A stretch of DNA of 52,547 bases, from positions 1 through 52,547 of the forward strand of contig JAPDKD010000002.1 of the NCBI GenBank assembly GCA_029258735.1, read 5' to 3'. Within the stretch, counting starts at the first letter, position 1. Each line of letters opens with the position of its first letter. The notes beneath the pieces are model-generated. The model was not told the origin of the DNA, searched no databases, and saw only the letters and a list, made by a program, of their open reading frames with translations. Positions 19,524-30,123 of this stretch are shown here, piece by piece. The DNA is from an archaeon (GTDB lineage: Archaea; Thermoproteota; Thermoprotei; Thermofilales; JAPDKD01). The translations under genes were made by a program, and so were the position numbers.

Positions 19524-20843
19524 CTACGTTCCTCCAAGCTCTTCCTCCTCCTTCAAAGCCTCCTCTACTTCCTTTTCTTCTCTGATAATCCTCTTTTTAG
19601 ATGTGCTCCACATCCACAGTGCGTAAGCGTAAAGCAGTATTGAGGGAATGGAAAGTAGCATTATGAGCTCGTAATAGGCGAGTGGTATGGGCGGCCTAGA
19701 GCTGAAAGCGTTGAAATTAGCTATCATGAAGCTTATCATAAGCCAAGCAGTAGAAAAGTTGAGTACCGCGCTTCCTGATTCTCCAATGCCGAGTCCAGGT
19801 ATCCTTTTAGAAGAGAATGGGTAGAACAGGTTTCCGCCCATGAATCCAAGCTGGTCTTCAATTATGTGCAGCCAGAAACCAATCATCGAGGCGAACGCTA
19901 GTTGCAGAGAATGGGGATAACCTATAAGCTTAAAGATGACGTAAATGAGGGCAGCAACGAAGACCCCTGTCACGAAGGAATGAGACCATTCGCGGTGCCA
20001 AGGCAAGAACACCTCCTCAACTTTATCACCAACTCTCTTAAAGCCTATGCTAGGCCCAGAAAAAGCCTCGATAACTGTCGGCTTAGGGTATTTCTTTTCA
20101 AAGGGATATCTAGTCTTGACTTCCGCCATTCTCCTATGCTTCGGTGGCATTTTCTCGTTCACCACGTTGCCGCCGACAGTAACGTAAGGACCTATGGCAA
20201 CCCGCACTATCTGAGCATCAGAGTCCAGATCCACGATATACCGACGATAAATATCGCCAGTATATCTAATCGTCTGCAGCTTCACTCTAACTTCTTCTCT
20301 CTCGTAAGCAGCATCTATAGCATCCGCAACTCTTTGGGCAATAAACATGGGGTGAGGGGCATCAGAAACTATAAAGACTTTTTCTTCGCCCTCAAAATCC
20401 AAATACCCTGCAATGCTTACTTCTTCGCCCTCTCTGATCTCTCTACCAATAGCCGAAAGCAGTATGTTGACGTCGTCTCCTAAAGCTTTAACCTTAATTT
20501 TGCCCGTGCCGTCGTCTAGCTCAAACTCCAGCTTGTCTCCACCGTTTTTTACTTTGTATGCTCTCCCAGAAATCATGCATAGTTGATACCTTTTCTCAGC
20601 GGAAAGCTCATTTATTTTTCTCTTTATAGGAACTTTGTTTTCCTCGGGGTCCAAAGGCGCGGGGTCGATGTTGTAGTCCCATTTTTCGAGAAACTTCCAA
20701 AATTTGAAGTCAAAAAAGTCAGGAAGGTAGGCTGCGGCTGCAGGCAGAAGGGGGAACAGACAGCCCATCTGGACATCGCGCATAAGCTCTATGAAAAACG
20801 TTGACGCGGCGAGTCCTGAAAGATAATGCACCAACCCCCTCAT
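19524..20843 (-). CDS. YdjM/DUF457-like membrane metal-dependent hydrolase with OB-fold insertion
   Basis: GLVHYL, LPDFFD, HREWSHS, LHIIEDQL, LFYPFS; insert FELDDGTGKIKV...EVSIAG; start 20843 or 20855. Confidence 0.8.
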   Translation of the reverse strand: MRGLVHYLSGLAASTFFIELMRDVQMGCLFPLLPAAAAYLPDFFDFKFWKFLEKWDYNIDPAPLDPEENKVPIKRKINELSAEKRYQLCMISGRAYKVKNGGDKLEFELDDGTGKIKVKALGDDVNILLSAIGREIREGEEVSIAGYLDFEGEEKVFIVSDAPHPMFIAQRVADAIDAAYEREEVRVKLQTIRYTGDIYRRYIVDLDSDAQIVRVAIGPYVTVGGNVVNEKMPPKHRRMAEVKTRYPFEKKYPKPTVIEAFSGPSIGFKRVGDKVEEVFLPWHREWSHSFVTGVFVAALIYVIFKLIGYPHSLQLAFASMIGFWLHIIEDQLGFMGGNLFYPFSSKRIPGLGIGESGSAVLNFSTAWLMISFMIANFNAFSSRPPIPLAYYELIMLLSIPSILLYAYALWMWSTSKKRIIREEKEVEEALKEEEELGGT

Positions 20844-20848
20844 TTTTC

Positions 20849-22174
20849 TCACCATAGACCTATTAGCTTCGCAAAGGCCTCTGCGGTACCAGTCATGCTC
20901 AGCAGTACAGGAAAGATTAATCCGCCTAGGCAGTAGCTGCGCCTAGTATTAAAAAGCGATGACATGAATCCTATAAAACCAGCAACTACCATAATAAAGA
21001 CTCCAAGAAAACCAGTCAGAGCACAGGCAATGCCTAGGAGGAGTATGAGTACAGCAACGGAGACATGCTTATAGTAGGCTGACACGACCTTCGCAACGGC
21101 TTTGGAAAGAAATATCGAGCCTATAAATGATATGCCGCTCGCCAGGAGCAAAGCACCTATAGAGTAGACATATTCGACGTAAGATTTTGGCTGATAAATG
21201 CTACTCACGAGCCACGCTGCGCTACCGCGGGTAAGCGACGCGGCAGGAAGAAACAGGAACAATAAGGCTCCCACATAATATATGAACCGGTTTGCTCCTT
21301 GGCTCACGATAAACGTATCGTCGCCCCGCTGCGAAGTTATGTGCCCAGCGACAAGGGCTCCCATACCTCCAGTAATTAGCGGGAAAAAGGCCGCTATGTA
21401 GCCGCCTAACGCTCCACCAAACACGCCGCTCAGCATCGCTTTAGCATCAACCTCTACGATATCCTCGGTGCTTTGCCTCTCAATCTTCACGTCAGAAAGT
21501 ATATTGAGAACAACCCATGGAAGTCCAAAGAAGCCTAAGAATAGCGGTGTAAGTCTCACATAGGCAAAAGTAGCGGGCAAAACATTAGTGTACATGACAA
21601 TAAACCCTAGAACGCCGCTAGCGAAGAACACGAATAACCCGCCGAGCGCTTGGCTCCAAGCTACTGCCAGCCTCCAGCCTGGCTTTTCAACCCTGTCCCC
21701 CTTTTTCAGCCACTCACTCATAAACATGAAGAGCACCAGAGCTGCCAGGAAAAGGGGAATATACGGGTTAAACAAGTCTCTCAAAATGGGTAAAACGTAA
21801 GGCATCAGCGGAAGCGATGCAGCCAATATAAGGGAGGCTGCAAACGCTCCAAGCAATGTGAGCAAAGTAGCTTCATGCCCCCTACCTATTATTAGGTAGC
21901 GTTGCGTGGGAAAGAGCATAAAAATCATGGTATCGTCTGCAACGCTGAAATACGTAGTACTAATAGTGCTTGCATAAGCGAAGCTTACCACAGCGCCGAG
22001 CGTAAAGAAGGGAAATCCTTCCTGCGGAATAAACGTTAATATAGTGCCAGTCGAAGCCAATAGAGCTATCACGTTATAGACGTGAAACCCAGGCATCCAC
22101 GAGAATAGGAGGCCTGTAGCCGCCCCCACGAGTGTCCACAGAATTACCGAAAACGGGTCTAGCAAACCTTTCAC
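20849..22174 (-). CDS. Archaeal TctA-like (tripartite tricarboxylate transporter family) permease
   Basis: PGFHVYN, PTQRYLIIGRGHEA, PLFLGFFG; about 12 TM. Confidence 0.8.
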   Translation of the reverse strand: MKGLLDPFSVILWTLVGAATGLLFSWMPGFHVYNVIALLASTGTILTFIPQEGFPFFTLGAVVSFAYASTISTTYFSVADDTMIFMLFPTQRYLIIGRGHEATLLTLLGAFAASLILAASLPLMPYVLPILRDLFNPYIPLFLAALVLFMFMSEWLKKGDRVEKPGWRLAVAWSQALGGLFVFFASGVLGFIVMYTNVLPATFAYVRLTPLFLGFFGLPWVVLNILSDVKIERQSTEDIVEVDAKAMLSGVFGGALGGYIAAFFPLITGGMGALVAGHITSQRGDDTFIVSQGANRFIYYVGALLFLFLPAASLTRGSAAWLVSSIYQPKSYVEYVYSIGALLLASGISFIGSIFLSKAVAKVVSAYYKHVSVAVLILLLGIACALTGFLGVFIMVVAGFIGFMSSLFNTRRSYCLGGLIFPVLLSMTGTAEAFAKLIGLW

Positions 22175-23517
22175 CCCTTAACGCCTAAAGGCGAGAAAAC
22201 AACTATCTCCAGCTCGCCCCTATAAATATCGACATAACCTGCAACGCTTATTTCAGCCCCCTCAGATATTTTAACCGAAGTTATCTCGTTATACACGCTT
22301 GCAGGAATGAATATTTTTATTCTGCCCGTTTCATCTTCCAAGTAAAAGAGCGTAAAAGATGACCTTTCCACTAAGTTAGTAACCTTACCTTTAGCGGCAA
22401 CTATTTTCCCCTTTATAGACTCTGAAATATCAGCAACTTTGACAAAGCTTACTTTACTTATCTCGGGCGCCTCAATATTTTTAATATTTAGATCGCCGCC
22501 GCCCCGAACAGATGCAAGTACTATTACCTTATTATTTATTAAATTAAACGGATTAAGAGCCATCATAATCTCCCTCTTAACGATTCCGCTAGCTTCACCG
22601 GTTTCATCGATAAGCTTCAATAAGTAAGACCTAGAGTCAGATAAGTATTCCCGAACTTCAAGGTAAGCCCTCACAACAACAGTCTTACCCACATAGCCTG
22701 AAAGTGAAGCTATCTCAACCTCCATAGGCTTCTCCGGCGCACGAAATGCAATATCCTCAAATCCCTTAACCACTATTTCAGGAGACTCGCCCCTATACAG
22801 GTAAACAATCCCTGTTACAGTAGCCTCTACACCTGGTCTAATAGACTCCACAAGCTGAGCATACTTGGCTCCATCAATAAACTTCATAAAAGCAGGCACA
22901 AGAACCGTTATTTCTCCCTCGCCAGTATCTACCCAGAACAGCAAGCCAGATGAGACTAGCCTAGATCCAGTAATAGTGCCGCTTGCTTTAACGTATTTTC
23001 CTGCTAAGGAGGTGTCAAGAGAAGTCACTTCAACGGGCTCGCCGGTCTGCGTCTCTATCTGGAGAAGCCCTGCGGCCTGTAAAATTCCATACGTGTATGT
23101 TTCTCTGACCCTCAATTGGATTTCTGCCGTAACTTTATCTCCGGGAAGCGGAATTTTCCTCTGCTTAAGAACTTCTAGCGAAACCGGCTGGTAAATGTAT
23201 ATGTTCATAGACATTGTGCCATCAAATATGGAAAAACGTATAGTAAGCTTCCCAGTACTATTATCGAAGTATGGGATTCCGTCAACCGTGCCCTTCACCC
23301 TCACCGTAGCGTAATTGTATAAGTAGTTGCCATAAACTTCAGATATGGATACGAGCGGCGCCGATGCGCCTTGAGCGAGAAAATACACAATATATATGCC
23401 GGCTACCGATGTAATAATAGAAAGAATAAGCAGGTATCTAACGCTAATTTTGCGCGCTGGCTTTCTACCCTTTTTATAGAGGTCCTCGAGTATGACATCT
23501 ATCCGGCTTGAACTCAT
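22171..23517 (-). CDS. Membrane-anchored protein with about four OB folds
   Basis: One TM, then repeats FSIFDGT, WVDTGEG, LIDETG, LEDETG with Y(R)G..EIVV ends. Confidence 0.85.
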   Translation of the reverse strand: MSSSRIDVILEDLYKKGRKPARKISVRYLLILSIITSVAGIYIVYFLAQGASAPLVSISEVYGNYLYNYATVRVKGTVDGIPYFDNSTGKLTIRFSIFDGTMSMNIYIYQPVSLEVLKQRKIPLPGDKVTAEIQLRVRETYTYGILQAAGLLQIETQTGEPVEVTSLDTSLAGKYVKASGTITGSRLVSSGLLFWVDTGEGEITVLVPAFMKFIDGAKYAQLVESIRPGVEATVTGIVYLYRGESPEIVVKGFEDIAFRAPEKPMEVEIASLSGYVGKTVVVRAYLEVREYLSDSRSYLLKLIDETGEASGIVKREIMMALNPFNLINNKVIVLASVRGGGDLNIKNIEAPEISKVSFVKVADISESIKGKIVAAKGKVTNLVERSSFTLFYLEDETGRIKIFIPASVYNEITSVKISEGAEISVAGYVDIYRGELEIVVFSPLGVKG

Positions 23518-23627
23518 ACCGGCACCTTCTATAATTAAAAAGTAACTGATGGAGTTAATATTCGCATCTTCCTTTAAAGCATAACGTGCCTTGAATAGCG
23601 TATTAAAATATCACTCTAACTAGTTAT

Positions 23628-24290
23628 ATGAAGGCAGGTTCAGAGAACATGCTTAGCATTCATATAGTAATCGAAGTAGACGCTGTAAACGGAAGGCTAG
23701 GACACGGAACGATCTACATAAACAGTAAAAACCTAAATGAAATGGCTAAAGAGCTCGCAGTAAAATTTAGGGAGGGAATAAGCATTTCAAATTCTTGGCC
23801 TAAATGGCCCGAAAAAATTGAAGGAAAAAGAGCTTACTGGCAGATAAGGCCCTACATCCGCTACCTAAAAGGAAAATTATTATATTCATACGGCCTACGC
23901 ATTGACTTACTAGGAGAAATACGCGTTCCAATAGCACTAAGCAAATGGTATATTGAAAAAGATACTGTATACTTAGACGCTCGCGTAGAAAAGCCCATGT
24001 CAGCAATTATTGGTCCATTCGTCTATAAAGGCTATCCAATAAACTGGCAGGGAAAGATGCGCGTGGAGAAAGGAGACAACTACGACTACATAATAATTTC
24101 TAGCATCGGAAATACAATATCATTAAGTGCGAAAATTCGCCCAGTTCAACCACTAGTTACAGGGTTTTTCGAATATGAAGCCGAGGAAAGCGAAATCCCA
24201 ATTAAAGTTATAAGCCCTAGAAACGCCGAGATAAAAAGAAAAATAATTGCTAGGCTTCCAGACCTTTTAATAAAAAACTCGGTTAACTAG
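23628..24290 (+). CDS. Hypothetical protein
   Basis: 220 aa ORF filling the gap, TTAAAA upstream. Confidence 0.65.
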   Translation: MKAGSENMLSIHIVIEVDAVNGRLGHGTIYINSKNLNEMAKELAVKFREGISISNSWPKWPEKIEGKRAYWQIRPYIRYLKGKLLYSYGLRIDLLGEIRVPIALSKWYIEKDTVYLDARVEKPMSAIIGPFVYKGYPINWQGKMRVEKGDNYDYIIISSIGNTISLSAKIRPVQPLVTGFFEYEAEESEIPIKVISPRNAEIKRKIIARLPDLLIKNSVN

Positions 24291-24294
24291 CAGC

Positions 24295-26091
24295 CTAGGT
24301 TTTAGCTATTAGGTGAGCAAACCCAGCAGCTTGGGTTTCCCAAAGCTTCGCGTATAGACCCTTTCTCCTCAGCAAATCATCGTGCCTCCCACGCTCCACT
24401 ATCCTACCATGGCTCAAAACGTAGATTCTGTCCGCCCCCGTTATAGCTGCGAGCCTATGAGCAATCACGATAACAGTCATTTTTCTCTCCCTCATCAGCT
24501 CTCTTAAGCCCTCGTAGATTCTAAGCTCGCTCAAGACGTCCACGTTGCTCGTAGCCTCGTCTAAAACCAGAACGCGGGGCGAAGAAACAATAGCTCTCAC
24601 AAGCGAGATGACCTGTTTCTGTCCTCTCGAGAGATTTTTGCCCTCACCCACAACCTCAGTCATCAAGCCATTAGGCAAAGCCTCGAAAAGATCCTTAACG
24701 CCAAGCTTCTCCAAAACCTCCTCTACCATTTTTCGATCTTTGCCGCTTCCGGCCACAATGTTGTCTAAAACAGTGCCGCTGATGACCGCAGGTTCCTGAG
24801 GCACATAAGCAATAACCTTACGTAAATACCCTAAATCGTACTCTTCTACCGGAATATTATCGAGCAATATCTTACCGCTCCAAGGCTCATAGAAACGAAG
24901 CAACAGTCGAGCCAAGGTGCTCTTACCGCTACCCGTAGGCCCGACGACGGCTACCATTTCGCCTGGGGCAGCGTTAAGCGAAACACCCCTAATAACTTCG
25001 ATGCCTTCTTCATAGCCGAAATGAACGTTCTCGTACTTTACATGCCCAATAACTGGCTTTACGAGCTTGCCGCCCCTTTCCTGCTCAGCTCTAAGGAGGT
25101 CGGTTACGCGCTCAGCTGCGGCGAGAGCCGACTGAATAGTGTTAAAAAACAGCGCAAGTGTCTGTAGAGGCCGGAAAAACATGTCCAAATAGCCGTAAAA
25201 AGCCACCAGAACGCCGACGCTTATCTCGCCGCTCAATATGAGAAGACCGCCAAAATATAGGATTATGGCTCCGCCAACCGCCCTAATAACAGACATTATC
25301 GGGTTTACTGAGGAAACTATCTTCGTTGCTTGAACGTTCATCTCAACGTATTCCTTACTTACCTGCTTAAACTCCCGCTCGTCCCTCTTCCTGCGCTGAA
25401 TAAATGTTTTCACAACCGCCGCACCAGAGATTTCCTGCTCCACTTTAGCCGTAACCTTCGCTATAGCCTTCCTAGCCTGGCGGAACGTCTTTCGGGCGCG
25501 AACAGCCAAGTAATAGTTGATAGCAAAGATAAGCGGGATAAGCGGCAGTATGGCGGCAGTAAGCTTCAAGTCTATTGTAGCCATGATAACGAACGCGCCG
25601 CTCATCGTAACGATATCCGCAACTGTGTCTATGAGACCGCTGGTAAACGTGTCCCCAATAACGTCTACGTCGTTCATCACTTTAGAAACCGTCCTACCAG
25701 TCTCCTCGCGCCGAAGAATAGCTATCTTAGTTCTAAGCAAAACCCTGAAAAGCCGATTTCTCAGATCTCTAACAAAGCTTTGCCCAGTAAGAGACATAAA
25801 GTAAACGCGCACGTAACCTATAACCCAGTAAGCCGCGGCACCCCCCAGAAAGTAGAGCGAGTACATCATTAACCTATCAAAAGCGCCATTATATGCAGCG
25901 TCAATCAGGTAGCCTGTTAGCAGCGGAAAAATGAGGTTCAAAATCATGCGCAGAAATGTTGCAACAACGACAACTACGAGGTACTTTTTATAAGGTTTAA
26001 GAAGCGGTAGTATACGCTTAATTATCTCTTTGGCAGGTGTTGCCGCCTTTTCTTCCTCAAGTCGACCTAAACCCCGAAAACGCCACCCCAT
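24295..26091 (-). CDS. ABC exporter subunit (TMD+NBD), degenerate signature
   Basis: GPTGSGKST, LSRGQKQ, LVLDEAT, IAHRL. Confidence 0.95.
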   Translation of the reverse strand: MGWRFRGLGRLEEEKAATPAKEIIKRILPLLKPYKKYLVVVVVATFLRMILNLIFPLLTGYLIDAAYNGAFDRLMMYSLYFLGGAAAYWVIGYVRVYFMSLTGQSFVRDLRNRLFRVLLRTKIAILRREETGRTVSKVMNDVDVIGDTFTSGLIDTVADIVTMSGAFVIMATIDLKLTAAILPLIPLIFAINYYLAVRARKTFRQARKAIAKVTAKVEQEISGAAVVKTFIQRRKRDEREFKQVSKEYVEMNVQATKIVSSVNPIMSVIRAVGGAIILYFGGLLILSGEISVGVLVAFYGYLDMFFRPLQTLALFFNTIQSALAAAERVTDLLRAEQERGGKLVKPVIGHVKYENVHFGYEEGIEVIRGVSLNAAPGEMVAVVGPTGSGKSTLARLLLRFYEPWSGKILLDNIPVEEYDLGYLRKVIAYVPQEPAVISGTVLDNIVAGSGKDRKMVEEVLEKLGVKDLFEALPNGLMTEVVGEGKNLSRGQKQVISLVRAIVSSPRVLVLDEATSNVDVLSELRIYEGLRELMRERKMTVIVIAHRLAAITGADRIYVLSHGRIVERGRHDDLLRRKGLYAKLWETQAAGFAHLIAKT

Positions 26092-27785
26092 CAGCTCACC
26101 ACCCCGCGCTTAGCAGCGCCCCTAATCTCCTTCTTCACCCTGCCATTTTCCAGCACTATAACTCTGTCAGCAATAGCCATCGTGCTAGGCCTTTGAGTAA
26201 TAACTATGAGAGTTTTCCCCTTCAAGTGCTTAGTTAACGCCTCATATATTGCCCTTTCAGTTTCAGCGTCCACTTCGGAAGTAGTATCGTCAAGAACCAC
26301 AATCTTGGGATCGGCGAGAAGAGCCCGGGCAAGAGCCAGCCTTTGCCGCTGACCGCCGCTAAGCGTGACACCTCTCTCTCCAATTTCGGTGTTGTAGCCC
26401 TTGGGCAGGCTAACTATAAAGTTGTGGATATGCGCTAGCTTTGCCGCCCAAATAACCTCATTCGTGGAGGCATCGGGCCTAGCGTAAGCTATATTATTCC
26501 TGATAGTATCAGGGAATAGGTAGACGTCTTGGTGAACTACAGTAACCTGGCGCCTAAGCGACTCTAAAGTAACGTATCTTATATCCTGCCCATCAATTAG
26601 TATTCTACCCTTTTTAGGATCCGCTAGGCGAATAAGCAGCATTGCCAGCGTACTCTTCCCGCTGCCCGGAGGACCAGTAATTGCGACAATTTCCCCGGGA
26701 GCTATTTCAAGGGAAAGCCCCTGAAGAACCCACGTCTTACCATCATAGCTGAACCAGACATCGTCAAACTTTACCTGTCCCTCCTTCACCACAAGCGGAA
26801 CCGCGTTAGGATGCTCCTCAACATCGCTTTTCGCGTCAAGAACCTCAAACACCCTCGACGCCGCAACCCTAGCTCTCTCCATAATAACCGTAAGAAAGCC
26901 CAGCGAAGTTATAGGCCAAGAAATCATGCCAACATACATCGAGAAGGCCGCCACATCACCGACACTTAAAGCGCCGCTTATAACCTTCATGCCGCCGTAC
27001 CAAAAAACGACAAGCACGGCCATATTCACGATGAAGTTTAGAGTCGGCCATATAGTCGCTCTCAGCTTACCTACCGAAATGAGATGCTTAGCGTATGATG
27101 CATTGTGTCCAAAGAACCTCTTAAACATGTAATCGCTGGCACCAACGGCCCTTATTGGTATCATAGCCACGAGCGTCTCCTGAAGAACAGTAGTCATCTT
27201 AGCATAATCCTCCCTAGCACGTTCAAAGTGAAACCTAACCTTCTTAGCGATCCTCCTTATGAGGAAAGGTAGGGGTGTGAGGATTAGAAGCGAGATTAAG
27301 GTGAGGTCTACGCTCATAGAAAGCATAGCTCCCAGAGAAAATATTAGCAGCACAAAGCCCCCCATAAATCCTGCGAACGTAAACCTGAAGAACCCCTTAA
27401 CCTGCTCCACGTCTCCTGTTACCCTAGCCACAAGCCTCCCAGTCCCCTGCTTGTATAGGTATGTAAGCGATAGTTCCTGAAGCTTTCTATAAAGCTCCAC
27501 CCTCAAGTCGAATGACACCAACTCTGCCAATTTACGAGTCTCTACTCTCTGAATGAATGAGATACTCCCCTGTATAATGGCTAGAATGATAAATAGCGCC
27601 GCATAAAGCGGCACTTCCTCCCAGCGGAAACTCGCAACCAGGTTTATAGCCTGCCTAGCCACTAAAGGCGCAAACATGCCAGCTATAGCGCTAGCTGCGG
27701 AGGTAACCACCGAAATTATCAGCTCCTTTTTATGCTTCAAAGGATACCTAAGCAGCCTTCTCAAAACCGTTACCATCACCTCCAA
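26091..27785 (-). CDS. ABC exporter subunit (TMD+NBD), non-canonical Walker B and switch
   Basis: GPPGSGKST, LSGGQRQR, VVLDDTT, ITQR; typical heterodimeric exporter pair. Confidence 0.95.
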   Translation of the reverse strand: MEVMVTVLRRLLRYPLKHKKELIISVVTSAASAIAGMFAPLVARQAINLVASFRWEEVPLYAALFIILAIIQGSISFIQRVETRKLAELVSFDLRVELYRKLQELSLTYLYKQGTGRLVARVTGDVEQVKGFFRFTFAGFMGGFVLLIFSLGAMLSMSVDLTLISLLILTPLPFLIRRIAKKVRFHFERAREDYAKMTTVLQETLVAMIPIRAVGASDYMFKRFFGHNASYAKHLISVGKLRATIWPTLNFIVNMAVLVVFWYGGMKVISGALSVGDVAAFSMYVGMISWPITSLGFLTVIMERARVAASRVFEVLDAKSDVEEHPNAVPLVVKEGQVKFDDVWFSYDGKTWVLQGLSLEIAPGEIVAITGPPGSGKSTLAMLLIRLADPKKGRILIDGQDIRYVTLESLRRQVTVVHQDVYLFPDTIRNNIAYARPDASTNEVIWAAKLAHIHNFIVSLPKGYNTEIGERGVTLSGGQRQRLALARALLADPKIVVLDDTTSEVDAETERAIYEALTKHLKGKTLIVITQRPSTMAIADRVIVLENGRVKKEIRGAAKRGVVS

Positions 27786-28323
27786 CTATCTTAGAAAACT
27801 CTGAAACAAGCAAATCAAACTCGGGATAGGAAACCATGCGCATCATGGTCAAAAACTCCAATGCCGGCCCAAGCCCCCGCTCGATACTCCTCTTACGCCA
27901 CGCCAAGACATCTTCAAGCGCTTTGGAACGCAGCTTAAAATAAGCTCTTAAAAGCTCCGAAAACTTCTCCGCTCGGCACTTTAAACCAAACGTTTCTATA
28001 GCCAGCGAAGCTATGTCCTTAACGTGAGAGCCGAAGAACCGGCTTTCCGCCAAAGTGCACGAGATAACGTAAATCTTAGCTGACGCCCTATAGTATTTCT
28101 CAACGAGGTTCCTCTTTTTCACCGTCTTAGAAACTTCTATCAAACCATGCTTCTCTAAAAGCTTCAAATGATAAGACACTGCCTGCAAAGAGATCCCGAG
28201 AAACCTCGCCAGCTCTGTTGCTGAGTGCTCCCCCATCTTCAACAGATGAAGTATCCTTCGCCGAGTATCGTCGAAAAACATCTTAGCTACGTCTAAATCG
28301 CGTATAATCATCACATCCATCAT
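27748..28323 (-). CDS. ArsR-family wHTH regulator
   Basis: DDTRRRILHLL...SATELA...VSYHLKLLEKHGLI...EKYY; start likely 28323 or 28320. Confidence 0.9.
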   Translation of the reverse strand: MMDVMIIRDLDVAKMFFDDTRRRILHLLKMGEHSATELARFLGISLQAVSYHLKLLEKHGLIEVSKTVKKRNLVEKYYRASAKIYVISCTLAESRFFGSHVKDIASLAIETFGLKCRAEKFSELLRAYFKLRSKALEDVLAWRKRSIERGLGPALEFLTMMRMVSYPEFDLLVSEFSKIVGGDGNGFEKAA

Positions 28324-28426
28324 ATAAGCAAAGACAAATAGGGTGCTTAAAAACTTTTTTAATCGATAAAAAATAAATTTGAGCGAAGAATAATTGATAA
28401 ACGTTATCAACATTTAAGTTATTGCC

Positions 28427-28816
28427 ATGAAGGATAGGTTACTACGTTACTGGGTATATTTCCGAAGGGGACATGCCACGTACCTGGCATTCCTGATAAG
28501 CTTTGCAAACTTCATAGCCATACAGTACAGACTAGTAATTGAAAACGTGCCAGCATTAGCATCGCTTTTCCCCCGCCTTGCATACTTCCTCGTAGCGTTC
28601 GCAGCGATATACCTCCCCATATGCATAGTAATCGGGTGGTGGGACTACAAAAAAGGCGGAGTACCAGTAGAAAAAACAGTCAGCACGCTGGCAAACCCCT
28701 GGAACAGGGACATAACCCTAGCATTAATACTGCTGATGCAGGACAAAAAGGATGAAGCCATACAAATACTATCAAAATGGGTAGAAAAAGAGGCACGAGA
28801 AGGTGCGCAGCGATGA
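28427..28816 (+). CDS. Small archaeal membrane protein
   Basis: 2 TM, RYWVYFRRGH motif; ATGA overlap with dcd. Confidence 0.75.
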   Translation: MKDRLLRYWVYFRRGHATYLAFLISFANFIAIQYRLVIENVPALASLFPRLAYFLVAFAAIYLPICIVIGWWDYKKGGVPVEKTVSTLANPWNRDITLALILLMQDKKDEAIQILSKWVEKEAREGAQR

Positions 28817-29382
28817 TTCTCTCCGATATAGACATTAAAAAATATATAGAAAGGGGAGAAATTGTAATAGACCCGCTGTGTCCCGAAAACATAGGACCGT
28901 GTTCTGTAGACCTAACTCTTTCCGACACCTTCCTAGTTTTCGAGGGAGTTGACATAATAGACCCCCAGAAATTCAACGACTTAAAAAGAAGCACCAAAAC
29001 AATAAAAACAAACGGCAAACCATTCACCATAAACCCCCACCAATTCATCCTAGCAATGACCCGCGAAAAAATAGCAATAAGCAAACAGTTAGCAGCAACC
29101 CTCGAAGGAAGAAGCAGCATAGCCCGCCTAGGCCTAATAGTCCACGCCGCTGGCCTCGTAAACCCAGGCACTGGAATACTGCAACCAAAACCCCTCGTAC
29201 TAGAAGTATTCTGCGAAAACACGGCGCCAATAAAACTCTACCCAGGCATGAAAATAGTCCAAATAATATTCCACAAACTAACAACCCCAGCCAGCAAGGG
29301 ATACGACGAAAGAAAAGAATCCCAATTCGCCGCCCAGAACAAGTGGATGCCCGAAAAATTCGAGAACACCACGACAACTTAA
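28813..29382 (+). CDS. dcd: dCTP deaminase
   Basis: MILSD, PCSVDLTL, EGRSSIARLGL, AGLVNPG, YPGMKIVQIIF. Confidence 0.9.
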   Translation: MILSDIDIKKYIERGEIVIDPLCPENIGPCSVDLTLSDTFLVFEGVDIIDPQKFNDLKRSTKTIKTNGKPFTINPHQFILAMTREKIAISKQLAATLEGRSSIARLGLIVHAAGLVNPGTGILQPKPLVLEVFCENTAPIKLYPGMKIVQIIFHKLTTPASKGYDERKESQFAAQNKWMPEKFENTTTT

Positions 29383-29424
29383 TAATTCTACACAACTAAA
29401 AATTATTGAGAACCGGTGAATTCG

Positions 29425-30123
29425 ATGAAAAAAGAAACGCTCCTAGCAGGGCTAGCGACAATCCTTGCCGACGCAGCAATATTTTATTTATATCCTCCCC
29501 CTGTAGCGGAGATAATAATAGGTGCAGGTCTCGCACTCTGGGTGCTGCTCGTAGTATTCTGGATATCCAAACTAGTAGCCCAGAAAACAAACAAATACAT
29601 ATCCAGGAAATTCATCCACTTCACCACGGGCGGCCTAGTCTCACTGCTAATATGGTACACGTGGTTCACCGGAAAACCACTGTTCACACAGCCAACCGTG
29701 CCCGTCGCCGCGTCCTTCGCCCTCGGATTCCTAACCTTAGCATACCACCTAGAGAGGAAGGAGCTAACCTGGTTCCAAGTAGAGAAAAATCTGGGAGAAG
29801 TATGGTTCTGCCTAACTTGGGGCACAATCTACCTCCTATTCTGGCACGACATACCCACAGCCAGCGCCGCGACAATGTTTATGGCCTACGGAGACGGAGT
29901 AACGGGAGTCGTAAGAAACTACGTGTACCGCAAATGGACAAAAGGGCTCTGGGGCTCCGCCGCGATGCTTGCGGTCTCCATACCAATAGGACTGGTGTTA
30001 AAAGGCATAGGAGGCGCAATAGCGGCCATAGCGGCAACCCTAATAGAACTATGGCCAAAAATAGACGACAACATCACCGTGCCCATAATATCAGCGACGA
30101 CGATGTACCTAGTCCCGGTATAG
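29425..30123 (+). CDS. CTP-dependent dolichol/phytol kinase family protein
   Basis: SRKFIHF, MAYGDG, KGLWGS, IDDNITVP. Confidence 0.88.
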   Translation: MKKETLLAGLATILADAAIFYLYPPPVAEIIIGAGLALWVLLVVFWISKLVAQKTNKYISRKFIHFTTGGLVSLLIWYTWFTGKPLFTQPTVPVAASFALGFLTLAYHLERKELTWFQVEKNLGEVWFCLTWGTIYLLFWHDIPTASAATMFMAYGDGVTGVVRNYVYRKWTKGLWGSAAMLAVSIPIGLVLKGIGGAIAAIAATLIELWPKIDDNITVPIISATTMYLVPV

